Part shown: piece by piece, positions 29,116 through 40,500 of the stretch
Position numbering within the stretch: the first letter of the stretch is position 1
Layout: every line of letters starts with the position of its first letter
Source: Gemmatimonadota bacterium
Lineage (GTDB): Bacteria; Gemmatimonadota; Gemmatimonadetes; Palauibacterales; Palauibacteraceae
Length of the DNA stretch: 64,000 bases
NCBI GenBank assembly: GCA_039584685.1
Contig: JBDGXI010000002.1
Coordinates: forward strand, 4,184 to 68,183
Direction of reading: 5' to 3'
Position numbers and translations under genes: made by a program
The notes under the pieces: model-generated
Database searches by the model: none
Seen by the model: only the letters and a program-made list of their open reading frames with translations
Told to the model about the DNA's origin: nothing

Positions 29116-29691
29116 TCAGTCCTGCGGGCCAGCGGTATCTGGAGCTGCCGGCCGGCCTTTCACCGGTCTGCGCAGGCGCGACCGGAAGTCGCGATTCAGG
29201 GGTGTCTCGCGTTCGAGGGAGTCGGCCGTCGCAGCGACCGAGTCGCCCCCCGGATCTGCCGACGATCCGGTCGCCCCGTCCCGGGCCTCCGCGCCCAGCT
29301 TTCCCTCGGGCTCGGACCGGGCCTCGGTCTCCGAGTCGAGCTTCGCAATGCGAGCCGAATCGTATCGATGGGTGATCTGCCTCCACAGATCCTCCATTTC
29401 GCCTGCCTCGCCACCGAGACGCTCTGCGAAGTCGAGGACCTCCCGTGCGGTGACCTTCTGTGCGGCGAGGATAGTCCGCCTGGCCGAATCCGCCCTCGCC
29501 TCCCGCTCCTCCTCCGTGGCGCCCTCCGGCGGATTGGCGTCCAGAAGCATGAGTTCGGTCATGACCTGCACGTAGGATTCGGCGCTGACCGTTTCCGGAT
29601 CTGCTTGCTCCTCGCCCTGCCCACAGCTGGCGAGGGAGACTGCGAGCAGCAATGTCAGGCCCCCTCGGCAGGTACCGCTTCGAGTTTCCAT
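29116..29691 (-). CDS. Hypothetical lipoprotein (DUF4296-like)
   Basis: Lipobox LASC, a helical domain of about 90 aa, then a low-complexity tail. Confidence 0.6.
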   Translation of the reverse strand: METRSGTCRGGLTLLLAVSLASCGQGEEQADPETVSAESYVQVMTELMLLDANPPEGATEEEREARADSARRTILAAQKVTAREVLDFAERLGGEAGEMEDLWRQITHRYDSARIAKLDSETEARSEPEGKLGAEARDGATGSSADPGGDSVAATADSLERETPLNRDFRSRLRRPVKGRPAAPDTAGPQD

Positions 29692-29866
29692 GCTTCAATC
29701 TCCCATCCGATGCGTGCCGGGGCCAGTTGGGCCCGAGACAAGCTCGGTCCGGATTGATGCAGGTCGTTCGGGCCGATAGCTTCGAAACGAGTCCGGCGGG
29801 CCGGCTGGATTCCACTCCCGACCGCTTCTCCGGCGGGCCGGGCTTGCCCCGAACAGAGGATCGACT

Positions 29867-32398
29867 GTGATGCGCTCAGCTATCCGAATGGCACTCATTC
29901 TCTTGCTGACCACCGTGGCGCGAGCCCCGGCGCAGCCGGTCCCGTCACCGGCAGAGAGCCTCGGCCACGCGCTCGGAGACCGCTTTTTGGATGCAGCGGA
30001 CGTGGTGCGCTACGCGGAGACCCTGGCCGCGAGCTCCGATCGGGTCAGCCTGGTGCATTACGGGGTTACGGCAGAGGGACGTCCATTGCTGCTTCTGGTG
30101 ATCGCGTCGGGTCACAATGCGGCGCGAATGGAAGACGTACTCCGGGACAACGCGAGGCTCACGGATCCGGAGCTGTCCGCCTCTGACGCCTCGCGGATCG
30201 CCGGGACCAACCCGGCGGTCGCGTGGTTCACGTATGGCGTGCATGGAGACGAGAGCGCGTCGACGGAAGCGGCCTTGTGGTCCGTTTGGGACCTGGCGGT
30301 GGACGGGGAAGGTACCGAGGGGATACTGGACTCTCTGATCGTCCTCGTCGATCCGATGGCGAACCCGGACGGCCGCGACCGGTACGTGCAGTGGTACAGG
30401 GGGGCCCGAGGAGTGCGCCCCAATCCGGAAGCGGCGAGCCGCGAGCACCACCCGCCATGGCCCGGAGGACGGTACAACCACTATCTGTTTGACCTGAATC
30501 GCGATTGGACGTGGGCCACTCAAGGTGAAACCCGGGCACGGCTGGCGCAGTGGCAGCGCTGGAATCCGCAGGTACACGTCGACTTCCACGAGATGGGCTA
30601 CTCGAGCAGCTACTTCTTCTTTCCGGCCGCGGAGCCCCTGAACCCGATCTATCCAGACTATACGGTGCGGTGGGCCGAGTACTTCGGGCGAGCCAATGCG
30701 GCGGAGTTCGATCGACGACGCTGGCTGTACTTCACGGGAGAGACCTTCGACATGTTCTACCCGGGATTCGGCGACAGCTGGCCGAGCCTGGTCGGCGCGA
30801 TCGGGATGACCTATGAGCAGGCGGGTAGCCGCGGGGCCGGTCTCGTCGTGCGGCGCTCGGACGGAACGGAGCTGACTCTCGAGGATCGGGCGACCCGTCA
30901 CCGCGTGGCCGGCCTCGCCACGCTGCGGGCGGCTTCTGCGCGCAAGACGGAGCTGCTGGCGGAGTTCGCGGGTTTCCATCGCACGCAGGGAATCGATCAG
31001 GCGGACGTCCTTCTCGTTCCCGGTCCGGATTCCTCGGTAGTCCGCGACCTGGTGGAATCATTGCAGACGCAGGGCGTTAGAGTGGAGCGGGCCACGCGAC
31101 CGTTCCGCGCATCCGCGCGGCCGCACCCCGGGTTCGAGGAGCGCGGAGAGTTCCCGATCGGAACGATCCGGGTACCGGCCCGGCAGCCGCGGGGCCGGCT
31201 GGCCGTCACTCTTCTTCAGCCGGAGACCCTCCTGGGCGAGGACGTGACGGAGACCTACGACATCACTGCCTGGTCCCTGCCGTACGCGTACGGTGTGGAG
31301 GCCCACTCTGCGGGACCACTGGCTGACGGTGGATTCGAAGAGGTTCCGGTGCTGCGGATGCCGGTTGATTGGGGACCACCGGCGGCCGGCTACGGATGGC
31401 TGGTCCTTCCGTCGTTCCGGGCCTCCGGACCGGTGGTTCGCTACGTGGCGGGAGGAGGTCGGGCCTTCGCCTTGCGGCACGGCTTCGAGCAGGATGGCGT
31501 GTCGTGGCCGGCCGGCACGATCTTCCTTCCCGGTGACGAAGGAGCCCCGGAGCTACTTGCGGCCACGGGATTGGAGGGGCTGGCGCATGCGGTGGCAAGC
31601 GGCACGACGTCACGGGGACGCGATCTGGGAACCAGCTCGTCGATCACTCTTCAGCCAGGTCGAGTGGCGGTTCTGATGGGACGCGGGTTCTCGGCACCCA
31701 GTGTCGGTTCAGTCTGGTACTTGCTCGAGGCGGTGGCGGGCATTCCGTTCGATGCCCTGGATGCGGCTCGGACAGGCCGAGCCGAGCTGGCCGACTACGA
31801 GGTGGTGGTCGTTCCCTCCGGCGATCCGCAGCTGGCGGGCCCGACCCTCGAGACGGGGCTCAAGGAGTGGGTGGTGCAGGGCGGAACCCTGATCACCCTG
31901 GGCTCGTCGGCTCGCTGGGCCGCCAATTCGCTTGTGGAAATCGCCCTGCGGGCCGACGAGGAGCCGGATCTCGCCGGAGAGGAAGTGCGCCGCCTGGGTC
32001 TGCGAACCACGAGCGAGCGGCGCTCTGACGCCTGGGACGATGCGGTTACCGGGATCGTTCTGCCTCTGGCCCTCGATCCTGATCATCCGTTGGCCTGGGG
32101 TGCGGGTCTCGGAAACGAGGCGTCGGCGTCCTTTGCCTTGCACCTGAATGACCTCGGATTCGAGCCCTCCCCGGAGCACGACACGGTCGCGTCGTTCGGA
32201 GAATCCGTCGACGCCGTCAGCGGAGTCGTGAGTGCGAGCAAGCTGGAGGAAATCGCTGCGTCCTCCTGGCTGTCGGTAGCCGGAAGTGGGGCGGGGAAAG
32301 TCGTGTTGTTTGCTGACGATCCGCTTTTTCGCCTCATGTGGCCTGCGAGCTTCGTTCTGTTTACGAATGCCGTGATCTACGGCCCTCGCCTGCGGTGA
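29867..32398 (+). CDS. Secreted M14-family zinc carboxypeptidase with C-terminal GATase-like domain
   Basis: Signal peptide; VHGDE, NPDG, DLNRD, DFHEM zinc/substrate motifs. Confidence 0.9.
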   Translation: MMRSAIRMALILLLTTVARAPAQPVPSPAESLGHALGDRFLDAADVVRYAETLAASSDRVSLVHYGVTAEGRPLLLLVIASGHNAARMEDVLRDNARLTDPELSASDASRIAGTNPAVAWFTYGVHGDESASTEAALWSVWDLAVDGEGTEGILDSLIVLVDPMANPDGRDRYVQWYRGARGVRPNPEAASREHHPPWPGGRYNHYLFDLNRDWTWATQGETRARLAQWQRWNPQVHVDFHEMGYSSSYFFFPAAEPLNPIYPDYTVRWAEYFGRANAAEFDRRRWLYFTGETFDMFYPGFGDSWPSLVGAIGMTYEQAGSRGAGLVVRRSDGTELTLEDRATRHRVAGLATLRAASARKTELLAEFAGFHRTQGIDQADVLLVPGPDSSVVRDLVESLQTQGVRVERATRPFRASARPHPGFEERGEFPIGTIRVPARQPRGRLAVTLLQPETLLGEDVTETYDITAWSLPYAYGVEAHSAGPLADGGFEEVPVLRMPVDWGPPAAGYGWLVLPSFRASGPVVRYVAGGGRAFALRHGFEQDGVSWPAGTIFLPGDEGAPELLAATGLEGLAHAVASGTTSRGRDLGTSSSITLQPGRVAVLMGRGFSAPSVGSVWYLLEAVAGIPFDALDAARTGRAELADYEVVVVPSGDPQLAGPTLETGLKEWVVQGGTLITLGSSARWAANSLVEIALRADEEPDLAGEEVRRLGLRTTSERRSDAWDDAVTGIVLPLALDPDHPLAWGAGLGNEASASFALHLNDLGFEPSPEHDTVASFGESVDAVSGVVSASKLEEIAASSWLSVAGSGAGKVVLFADDPLFRLMWPASFVLFTNAVIYGPRLR

Positions 32399-32485
32399 CA
32401 TCTGCCACATGGGCAGGAGTGTGCCGAGCAGGCGCTCCAGGCCGCCGGAGTGGCTGATTTCAGGCCCGATCTGAGTGCTGTTGGG

Positions 32486-32499
32486 GGCATGTGTCTTGC
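32486..32499 (+). promoter_or_regulatory. Putative sigma54 (-24/-12) promoter upstream of clpB
   Basis: GGCATG-TGTC-TTGC matches the GGCACG-N4-TTGC consensus with exact GG-N10-GC spacing. Confidence 0.55.
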
Positions 32500-32577
32500 C
32501 TTCGTATGGAGCGGGCCGCAAGCGGCCCCGCAAGCCAGTTGGGCTGGAAAGAGATACTCAAAGGAGGCAACCGATAG

Positions 32578-35178
32578 ATGATACCAGCGGATAGGTTGAC
32601 CGTTCGGGCCGGCCAGGCCCTGCAGGGGGCTGCGGAGCTGGCTCGGGTCGAGGGAAATCCGGCGGTGGAGGACGTTCACCTGCTCGCGGCCCTGCTCGAC
32701 GAGGAGGAGGGCATAGTCGACCCGGTGCTGCGGAAGGTCGGCGCCGGACCATCTCGAGTGCGGGCCGCCGTCGGGGAGGGCATTGCCCGTCTCCCGCGTC
32801 AGTCAGGAGCGTCGCCAGCAGCGAGTCGCGAGCTCGGGCGGGTGTTGGACGATGCGGACTCCGAAGCTCGCGAGATGGGCGATTTCTACGTGTCCACGGA
32901 GCACCTGCTGATCGCCCTGGCCGGGAAACACGCCAGCAGCACGCGGGAGATTCTGGCGGATGCGGGAGCGACGCAGGGGGCGTTGCGTGAGGCGCTCGCG
33001 GCGGTTCGGGGCCCGCACCGGGTCACCGACCAGGAAGCGGAAGGAAAGTACCGGGCGCTCGAGCGGTTCGGAGTGGATCTGACCGAGCGTGCCCGAAAGG
33101 GAGAGCTCGACCCCGTCATCGGTCGCGACGCCGAGATCCGGCGCGTGATGCAGGTTCTGTCGCGTCGGACGAAGAACAACCCGGTCCTGATCGGGGAGCC
33201 CGGCGTGGGCAAGACGGCGATCGCGGAGGGGCTGGCCCAGCGTATCGTCGCGGGGGACGTTCCGGAGAGCCTGCGGGACAAGCGCCTGATCGAGCTGGAT
33301 ATAGGCGCCATGCTGGCCGGAGCGAAGTATCGGGGGGAGTTCGAGGAGCGGCTCAAGTCCGCCCTGAAGGAGATCACGGAGGCGAAGGGCCAGTACATCG
33401 TCTTTCTGGACGAGTTGCACACGATTGTCGGCGCCGGGGCGGCGGAAGGCGCGGTGGATGCGGGCAACATGCTGAAGCCGCCCCTGGCGCGCGGAGAGCT
33501 GCGGATGGTGGGCGCTACGACGCTCGATGAGTACCGAAAGCACATCGAAAAAGACGCGGCGCTGGAACGGCGGTTTCAGCCGGTCTTCGTCGGGGAACCA
33601 GGGCTGGCGGAGACCGTCGGGATCCTGCGCGGCCTCAAGGAGAAGTACGAGGTCCACCACGGGGTCCGGATCACGGATCCTGCCCTGGTGGCTGCGGCCA
33701 GGCTGTCGGACCGGTACATCGGTGACCGGTTTCTGCCGGACAAGGCCATCGATTTGATGGACGAGGCTGCTTCTCGTCTGCGCATCGAAATCGACTCGAT
33801 GCCCGAGGAAATTGATGTGCTGGAGAGACGTGCCATGCAGCTCGAGATCGAGCGGGAAGCGCTCCGGGAGGAACGGGACACGCGGAGCACGGAGCGGCTT
33901 TCGGCGCTCGAGACCGAGCTGGCCGAGATACGGGAGCACCTCGCGGCTTTGAAAGCGCGTTGGGGCCTCGAGAAGGAAGCGATCGAGAAGGTCCGGGGGC
34001 TGAAGAGACAGTTGGAGGAGACCTCCATAGCGGCGGAGCAGGCGACGCGTACCGGAGACCTGCAGAGGGCTGCCGAGATCACCTACGGCGAGATTCCCCG
34101 GCTTAGAGAGAGCCTGACCGACGCCGAGTCGGATCTTACGCGGCTGCAGGCCGAGGGCAGCTTCCTGAAGGAGGAGGTGGACGCGGAGGACATCGCGGAG
34201 GTCGTCGCGTCGTGGACCGGTATTCCCGTGACTCGCATGCTCGAGACCGAGCAGGATCGTTTGACCCACCTCGAAGACCACTTGCATGAGAGGGTGGTCA
34301 ATCAGACCGAGGCCATCACCGCGGTCTCGAACGCGGTGCGCCGGAGTCGGGCAGGTCTGCAGGATCCTGACCGCCCGGTAGGCAGCTTCATCTTCCTCGG
34401 GCCTACGGGAGTCGGAAAGACGGAGACGGCGCGGGCACTGGCCGAGTTCCTGTTCGACGATGACGACGCCACGGTGCGCATCGACATGTCGGAGTACATG
34501 GAGCGGCACGCGGTGTCTCGTCTGATCGGCGCACCCCCGGGGTATGTCGGATACGAGGAAGGCGGTCAGCTGACCGAGTCCGTTCGGCGGCGACCCTACA
34601 GCGTCGTTCTCTTCGACGAGATCGAGAAGGCACACCCCGAGGTATTCAACGTCCTGCTGCAGATCCTGGACGATGGTCGACTCACGGATGGCCAGGGACG
34701 AACTGTCGATTTTCGGAACGCGGTTCTGATCATGACGAGCAACCTGGGCAGCCACTACATCCTCGAGCATCAGGACGATGATTGGGCGGTCACCGAGGAG
34801 AAGGTGAAAGACACTCTAGTGAAGAGCTTCCGTCCCGAGTTTCTCAACCGAGTCGATGAGATCCTCGTCTTCAGGCCTCTCGGAAGGGAGGAATTGGAGC
34901 AGGTGGTCGGGATGCAGCTGGAGCGCCTCGCCGGCCTGACGAGAGAACGTCAGGTGGAGCTGGTGGTGACGCCTGCGGCCCGCAAGAAGATCGCAGTGGC
35001 GGGCTACGATCCCGCCTTCGGGGCGCGTCCTATCAAGCGGGCGATCCAGCATCTGGTGTCCGACCCGCTGGCAATGGCGTTTCTAGAGGGCAGGTTCCAC
35101 GACGGAGATCTGATCGAAGTGGACGCAGGGGACGGAGAGACTCTCGAGTTTCGTCGACTGCACGATTCAGGAGTCTGA
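32578..35178 (+). CDS. clpB: ATP-dependent chaperone ClpB
   Basis: Two AAA+ modules ([16 protein letters not shown]), middle coiled-coil domain, GYVGYEEGG. Confidence 0.98.
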   Translation: MIPADRLTVRAGQALQGAAELARVEGNPAVEDVHLLAALLDEEEGIVDPVLRKVGAGPSRVRAAVGEGIARLPRQSGASPAASRELGRVLDDADSEAREMGDFYVSTEHLLIALAGKHASSTREILADAGATQGALREALAAVRGPHRVTDQEAEGKYRALERFGVDLTERARKGELDPVIGRDAEIRRVMQVLSRRTKNNPVLIGEPGVGKTAIAEGLAQRIVAGDVPESLRDKRLIELDIGAMLAGAKYRGEFEERLKSALKEITEAKGQYIVFLDELHTIVGAGAAEGAVDAGNMLKPPLARGELRMVGATTLDEYRKHIEKDAALERRFQPVFVGEPGLAETVGILRGLKEKYEVHHGVRITDPALVAAARLSDRYIGDRFLPDKAIDLMDEAASRLRIEIDSMPEEIDVLERRAMQLEIEREALREERDTRSTERLSALETELAEIREHLAALKARWGLEKEAIEKVRGLKRQLEETSIAAEQATRTGDLQRAAEITYGEIPRLRESLTDAESDLTRLQAEGSFLKEEVDAEDIAEVVASWTGIPVTRMLETEQDRLTHLEDHLHERVVNQTEAITAVSNAVRRSRAGLQDPDRPVGSFIFLGPTGVGKTETARALAEFLFDDDDATVRIDMSEYMERHAVSRLIGAPPGYVGYEEGGQLTESVRRRPYSVVLFDEIEKAHPEVFNVLLQILDDGRLTDGQGRTVDFRNAVLIMTSNLGSHYILEHQDDDWAVTEEKVKDTLVKSFRPEFLNRVDEILVFRPLGREELEQVVGMQLERLAGLTRERQVELVVTPAARKKIAVAGYDPAFGARPIKRAIQHLVSDPLAMAFLEGRFHDGDLIEVDAGDGETLEFRRLHDSGV

Positions 35179-35273
35179 TCACGGCGCTTTCGGGGAGGGG
35201 GACGTCTTGACGCGCCCTCCCCAGGGCGCACATTACGCGCGAGTCCAATGACGAACCCGAACGGGAGACGCTG

Positions 35274-35750
35274 GTGATTCGCTCGCAGACGGTGCACGGA
35301 ACGGTGACCCGACTGGCCGTGGCCGCCGTTGTGATCGCCTCACTATCCGGCTGCTCGGCTCGGACATCGGGCCAGAACGGCTCGCCGGTCGGGGCGTCGA
35401 CATCTGAAATGGCCGTGCAGGAGTTTCTGTATGGAGCGAACGCCGACCAATACACGCGGATGTCGAACGTGTTTGGGACGGAAAAGGGGCCGGCGGTCGA
35501 TCGATTCGGCGTCACGGACGTCGAGCAACGGATGATCTTCCTCGCCAGCATCCTGAAACACGAGACCTTTACCATGCGGCAGGCAAATCTGGCACAACTC
35601 GGGCCCGAACGGGTGCGCTGGGACGTGAGCCTGACGGGCACGCGCAAGGGCGATGTCGTGGTGCCCATGGTCACGGTGCCGGACGGGGACGGGCGGTGGT
35701 TCGTGGAGTGGCTGAACCTGGATGCTCTGACCGCGTCGCCGGTGCCTTAG
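35274..35750 (+). CDS. Hypothetical lipoprotein
   Basis: Lipobox LSGC; compact domain ending in GRWFVE..L. Confidence 0.7.
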   Translation: MIRSQTVHGTVTRLAVAAVVIASLSGCSARTSGQNGSPVGASTSEMAVQEFLYGANADQYTRMSNVFGTEKGPAVDRFGVTDVEQRMIFLASILKHETFTMRQANLAQLGPERVRWDVSLTGTRKGDVVVPMVTVPDGDGRWFVEWLNLDALTASPVP

Positions 35751-35774
35751 GCTGCAGGGGGCCGAGACCGGATA

Positions 35775-36176
35775 TCAGTCCGCGCTCTCGATCAGCTCCA
35801 CGAGCACGCCGCCGCAGTCGCGCGGATGAAGGAATGCCACCGGTCGGTTTCCGGCTCCGGGACGGATTCCAGGCGGTATGGGCAGAACATCGGATTCGGC
35901 GAGTCGTCCGAGTGCGTCCTGTAGATCGGGGACGCGGAAGCACACGTGGTGAAGGCCTGCACCCCGCCGTTCGAGGAATCGAGCGATCGGAGAGCCGGGG
36001 CTGCTGGGCTCGAGTAGCTCGACTCGTCCCGATCCGAGTCCGAAGAACACCACTTCCACGGCTTCGGACGGAACAGTTTCACGGCCTGACGGGTTCTCTC
36101 CCAGCATGGCCGCGAAGACGGGGACGGAAGCCGTGAGAGAATTGACCGCGATGCCGACGTGATCGATCTTGAACAT
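35775..36176 (-). CDS. mce: Methylmalonyl-CoA epimerase (VOC family)
   Basis: IDHVGIAV, VELLEP, GLHHVCF, AFLHP...GGVLVEL motifs. Confidence 0.93.
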   Translation of the reverse strand: MFKIDHVGIAVNSLTASVPVFAAMLGENPSGRETVPSEAVEVVFFGLGSGRVELLEPSSPGSPIARFLERRGAGLHHVCFRVPDLQDALGRLAESDVLPIPPGIRPGAGNRPVAFLHPRDCGGVLVELIESAD

Positions 36177-36286
36177 TCCGTGCTCCGGTAGGCCTGTGAT
36201 GGCCCCGCGGGATCACCCGCCTGGGGTCGGTGGATGCGAAAACTAGATGCGCAGCGAGTGCATTTCCACTGGAACGAGGTAATATC

Positions 36287-36616
36287 GTGGCAACTGCAGA
36301 ACTCGTCACTTTGACGGACGGAAACTTCGAGCAGGAAATCGAGTCGAGCGAAGGGCTCGCGATCGTAGACTTCTGGGCCGAGTGGTGCGGGCCGTGTCGT
36401 CTCGTGGGTCCCTTGGTCGCGGAGATCGCGAGCGAGTATGCCGGCAAGGTCAAGGTCGGCAAAATGGATGTGGACTCGAATCGGGCGACGTCCCAGAAGT
36501 ACGGAATTCGTTCGATCCCGAGCATCCTCTACTTCAAGGACGGTGAGTTGGTGGACATCGTGGTGGGAGCCGTTCCGAAATCGCATCTGGAGCAGAAGAT
36601 CCAGCAGCACGTCTGA
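36287..36616 (+). CDS. trxA: Thioredoxin
   Basis: DFWAEWCGPC and IRSIP motifs. GTG start at 36287 with GAGG RBS. Confidence 0.97.
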   Translation: MATAELVTLTDGNFEQEIESSEGLAIVDFWAEWCGPCRLVGPLVAEIASEYAGKVKVGKMDVDSNRATSQKYGIRSIPSILYFKDGELVDIVVGAVPKSHLEQKIQQHV

Positions 36617-36690
36617 ATTAGGACTCGCTCTAGCCGACTGGAGGATACGCGCCCTCCCCCCGCAGTCCGGGAGGAGGGCGCTCGCATAAG

Positions 36691-37539
36691 ATGACGCGAG
36701 GCACACTCTTCGTTGTCAGCACGCCGATCGGTAACCTGGCCGATCTCTCGGCCCGCGCGCTCCAGACCCTGGAGGGCGTGCCCGTGTTGTACGCCGAGGA
36801 CACGCGTCACAGCGCGACTCTATTGAGGCACTATGGCTTCAAGACTCCGCTTCGCTCGTTGCACGAGCACAACGAGGCACGCCGGATCGAGGAAGTGCTG
36901 GAGCGGTTGGATAGGGGGGAGGCATGTGCCCTCATCTCCGATGCGGGCACCCCGACCGTGTCGGATCCGGGCACGCGTCTGGTGGCCGCCGCCGCGCGTG
37001 CAGGCTACCGTGTCGAGCCGATTCCGGGCCCCTCGGCGGTCACGGCGGCCCTCGCCGTGTCAGGACTTCCCGCGGGACGGTTTCTGTTTCTCGGATTCGC
37101 TCCGAGGAAGGGACGCGAACGGCAGGCGTGGATGGATCAGGTCCTGCAATCACCGGATACTGTGGTCGTGTTCGAGGCCCCCGGCAGGCTCGCCAGTCTC
37201 CTCGATGATTGGGTCGGCGGCGGTGCGGCGGACCGGCAGTGCGTGGCGTGCCGGGAACTCACGAAGCTGCACGAGGAAGTCCGCTACGGAACGGTGGCGG
37301 CTCTCAGGGACTACTACAGCGAGGAAGAGGTTCGCGGAGAGATCACAGTCGTCCTGGACGGCCGGGCCGTCGGACAGCCGGGAGATCCGGTCGACGAGGA
37401 GCAAGCGTCGGCGGTCGCGCATGAGATGGCGAGTGCGGGGCGAACGACACAGGAAATCGCACGTCGTTTGCGGGGAGAGTTCGGGATGACGCGAAATCGG
37501 GCGTACGCGCTGGCACTCCGGGCGGCAGAAAGGAAGTGA
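36691..37539 (+). CDS. rsmI: 16S rRNA (cytidine1402-2'-O)-methyltransferase
   Basis: TPIGNL.D, AEDTR, SDAGTP.VSDPG, RELTKLHEE, RGEI motifs. Confidence 0.97.
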   Translation: MTRGTLFVVSTPIGNLADLSARALQTLEGVPVLYAEDTRHSATLLRHYGFKTPLRSLHEHNEARRIEEVLERLDRGEACALISDAGTPTVSDPGTRLVAAAARAGYRVEPIPGPSAVTAALAVSGLPAGRFLFLGFAPRKGRERQAWMDQVLQSPDTVVVFEAPGRLASLLDDWVGGGAADRQCVACRELTKLHEEVRYGTVAALRDYYSEEEVRGEITVVLDGRAVGQPGDPVDEEQASAVAHEMASAGRTTQEIARRLRGEFGMTRNRAYALALRAAERK

Positions 37540-40500
37540 GTCCGGGCGAGGCGGGTCGCGAGCTCGCCCGTGCAGTCGCGACCGTCCGCTCCGTGGGGCG
37601 GAGCATCGCCCTGTGGAGATCTGCCGTCATCGGCATACCCGTGCTGGCTCTCCTCTCGGTGGCCGGCTGGATGCCGGACGGGTGGCTCAGCCGACCCGGC
37701 TCCATCATCCCGATGTTGCTGGCCGTGACCGGGCTGGTGTTGATCGGCACGGCCGGCCTGGCGGCGGGTGCCTCTGTCCGGTCCTTCCAGTTGCGACGGA
37801 GAGCCGCCGAGATCGAAACGGCCCAGGGACTTGCCCGCGGCGATCTGCTTGGCGCGATCGAGCTGGGCTCGGGCCCGGGCGACTCGGGCGGTCTGTCCGA
37901 CCTTCACCGACAGCGGGTGGCTGCGGCCCTCGAAGGACGATCGGCGCGGGAGCTGCTGCCCACCTCGTGCGGGAGCCTGAGGGCTGCGCGCCGTCTCGCG
38001 CTGCCCGGGGTCGGAGTGGTGCTCGCGGTGCTGGGCCTGGGGCTCAGCGAGAAGCCGGTATCGGCGGCCAGAGCGCTCGGCATTCTCGCGCGTCCGTGGG
38101 CCGCGACGTTCCCGCCCGCTCCGCCCCCGCTTCGCCTCGACCCGCCGGGAGGGGAAGTCTTGCGTGGGGGAGCCTTCGAAGTCGTGGTCAGCGCCGTCGG
38201 CCGTGACCAGGTGAGGCTCGGACAGGCGGGATCTGGCACGCCCACCCGGCGCACCGTCCTGGATGTGCTGGGCGGCGCCGCGGTAGCACGGATCGAGCCC
38301 GTGGATGAGCGGATTCGCTTCTGGGCAGAGGACGACCGCGGTTCCACCACGGATACCTTCACGGTGGTTCCCGTGGATCCACTCACGATCACGAGTTTGC
38401 TGATCGAGCTGGACTACCCGCGCTATCTCAGTCGGCCGCGTGAACTGCTGAGTGGTCCCGTCAACTCGTTGCAGGTTCCGTTCGGAACGCGGCTCGGGCT
38501 CACCGCGCGAACGAATCATCCGATCGAGCGAATGGGCCTCACCCGGACCCGGGACGGGGAAGCGACGGCGGATACGCTGGACCTGGAGGTGGCAGCCGAC
38601 ATGGCTCGGGGAGCACTCACAGCCGAGCGCAGCGAGCTGCTTTCCTGGTGGATGGTGGCTTCCCCGAGCGTGCCGGACGTTCGGGTCCCGCCGGCGATCA
38701 CCCTTTCAGTCACAGAAGACGCTCCCCCGACCGTGGTCCTGGTCTATCCTGGCGAGGATCGGACGCTGGGGATCGAGCGGGCTCTCTCTCTGGTCATCGA
38801 AGCGAAAGACGACTACGGGCTCGGCGAGGTCGGGCTGGTGTGGTGGCGCGAGTCCACGGGTGGCAGGACGGATCCTCCGACGCGCGAGAGGCTGGCCGAG
38901 GGCAGTGGGGCGCGTCGATTGACCCTGAGGCCAACTATCGATTTCGAGTCCGCGGGCTTCCTGCCCGGCGACGAGATCGTGTATTTCGCGACCGCCAGGG
39001 ACTCGAACCCCAGGGCCCCGGCGTCCGTCTCGGACACGTTTCGAGCTCGTCTGGCGAGTCTCGAAGAACTCACTGACGAGATCGTTCACCGCACGGGAGG
39101 CCTCGTCGAGGAGGCTCGTTCCGTGAGGGACAACGTGGGGGATCTCTCGGGCGGGGCTCGTGACGCGGAGCGGCGGAGCCGGGGCGGAGATGAGGATTCC
39201 CGACAGGCGGACGCAGCTCCGGATCGAGCCGACTTCGGCGCCACGCGAGAGTCGAGAGATCTTCTGGGCGAAGCACGCGAGGTCGAGGCGCAGTTGACGC
39301 GCATGCGCGAAGATCTGGGTGACCTGGGCGCCGGCCTCGATGCCTCAGTCTTCACCGATCCGGACTTGAGGCAGCGGATTCAGGAGCTGGAGGAGTTATA
39401 TCGGGAGATCCTCGATTCGGGACTGCGAGACAGGATCGAGGCTCTGGAGGAAGCACTCCGCGGTCTCGATCGCGATGACCTGCGCGACGCTCTCTCTGAT
39501 CTATCCCGCCAGACCGCGGATATCGAAGAGCAACTCGACAGAGCCCTGGGGTTGATGGAGAGGGTGGCCCTCGAGCAGTCCCTGGAAGGTGCGAGGCAGA
39601 CCGCGGAGGACCTGGCGGATCGGCAGGAACAAGCGTCGGTGAGCAACCGGCTGGACGAGGCGTGGGCGGACCGACAGGAACGACAGGCAGCGGAATCGGA
39701 GGCGTTGGCCGGCCAGGTGGACGACCTGTCCGATCGGCTCGAAGCGCAGCAAGCTCCGGAGGGCGCGGAGCGGGCACGAGAGGCCGCGGAGGACGCCCGA
39801 TCGGCGGCCTCTCGGATGCGGTCCGCGGCACGACGGACGAGTGGTGACAGCGAGTCGTCCGGCTCGAGGTCCGCGCAGGAGGCGAAATCGGCGGCTGCCG
39901 AGCTTGAGCAGGCCGAGCGGAATCTCGCTGCCGCAGGCGAAGCGCTCACCGAGGATTGGCGGTCCGAAGCCATGAAGGTGGTTGAACGTGCGGCAGCCGA
40001 GACGCTGGAACTCGCGCGAGAGCAGGAGCGGATCGTGAAACGATTGCGATCGGGTGACCGCTCCGAGGATCTGTCCGCCAGTCAGTCTGCCGTCCGCGAG
40101 GGCCTCGACAATCTGTCGCAATCCCTGGCGGAGGCGGGCCGACAGACCGCCCTGATGGATCGCCGAACTGGCCCGGCCGCGGCACGGGCGGGCAGGGAAA
40201 TGGACGCCCTTGGGCAGAGCATCTCCGGTGGGGCCGCGCGCAGGAACGACGCCGTGCAGGAGGGAGAGTCGGCGATTCAGGCTCTCGCGGACCTGGCGAG
40301 CTCCCTGCTGGCCAGTGGAAGGGCGATGGCAGAGGCCAGTTCGGCGACCGGGATGGAGGAGGCCCTGGACCGATTGGCGGGAATGGGCAAGCGGCAGGCC
40401 GGCCTCAATTCGGAGTCCGGCGAGCTGTTCCTACTCATGCGGGAAGGACGGTCCGGAGACGATCAGCTGAGCGAACTCTCTGCCCGGCAGGCGGGGATCT

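Noticed and set aside
32428-32480. CIRCE-like fragments (GCGCTC...GAGTGG, GAGTGCT) upstream of clpB
   Set aside because: The spacing is wrong and the arms are degenerate; there is no TTAGCACTC-N9-GAGTGCTAA match.
36287-36616. Thioredoxin as a possible selenoprotein given the nearby selA
   Set aside because: The active site is WCGPC encoded by TGC/TGT, with no in-frame UGA.
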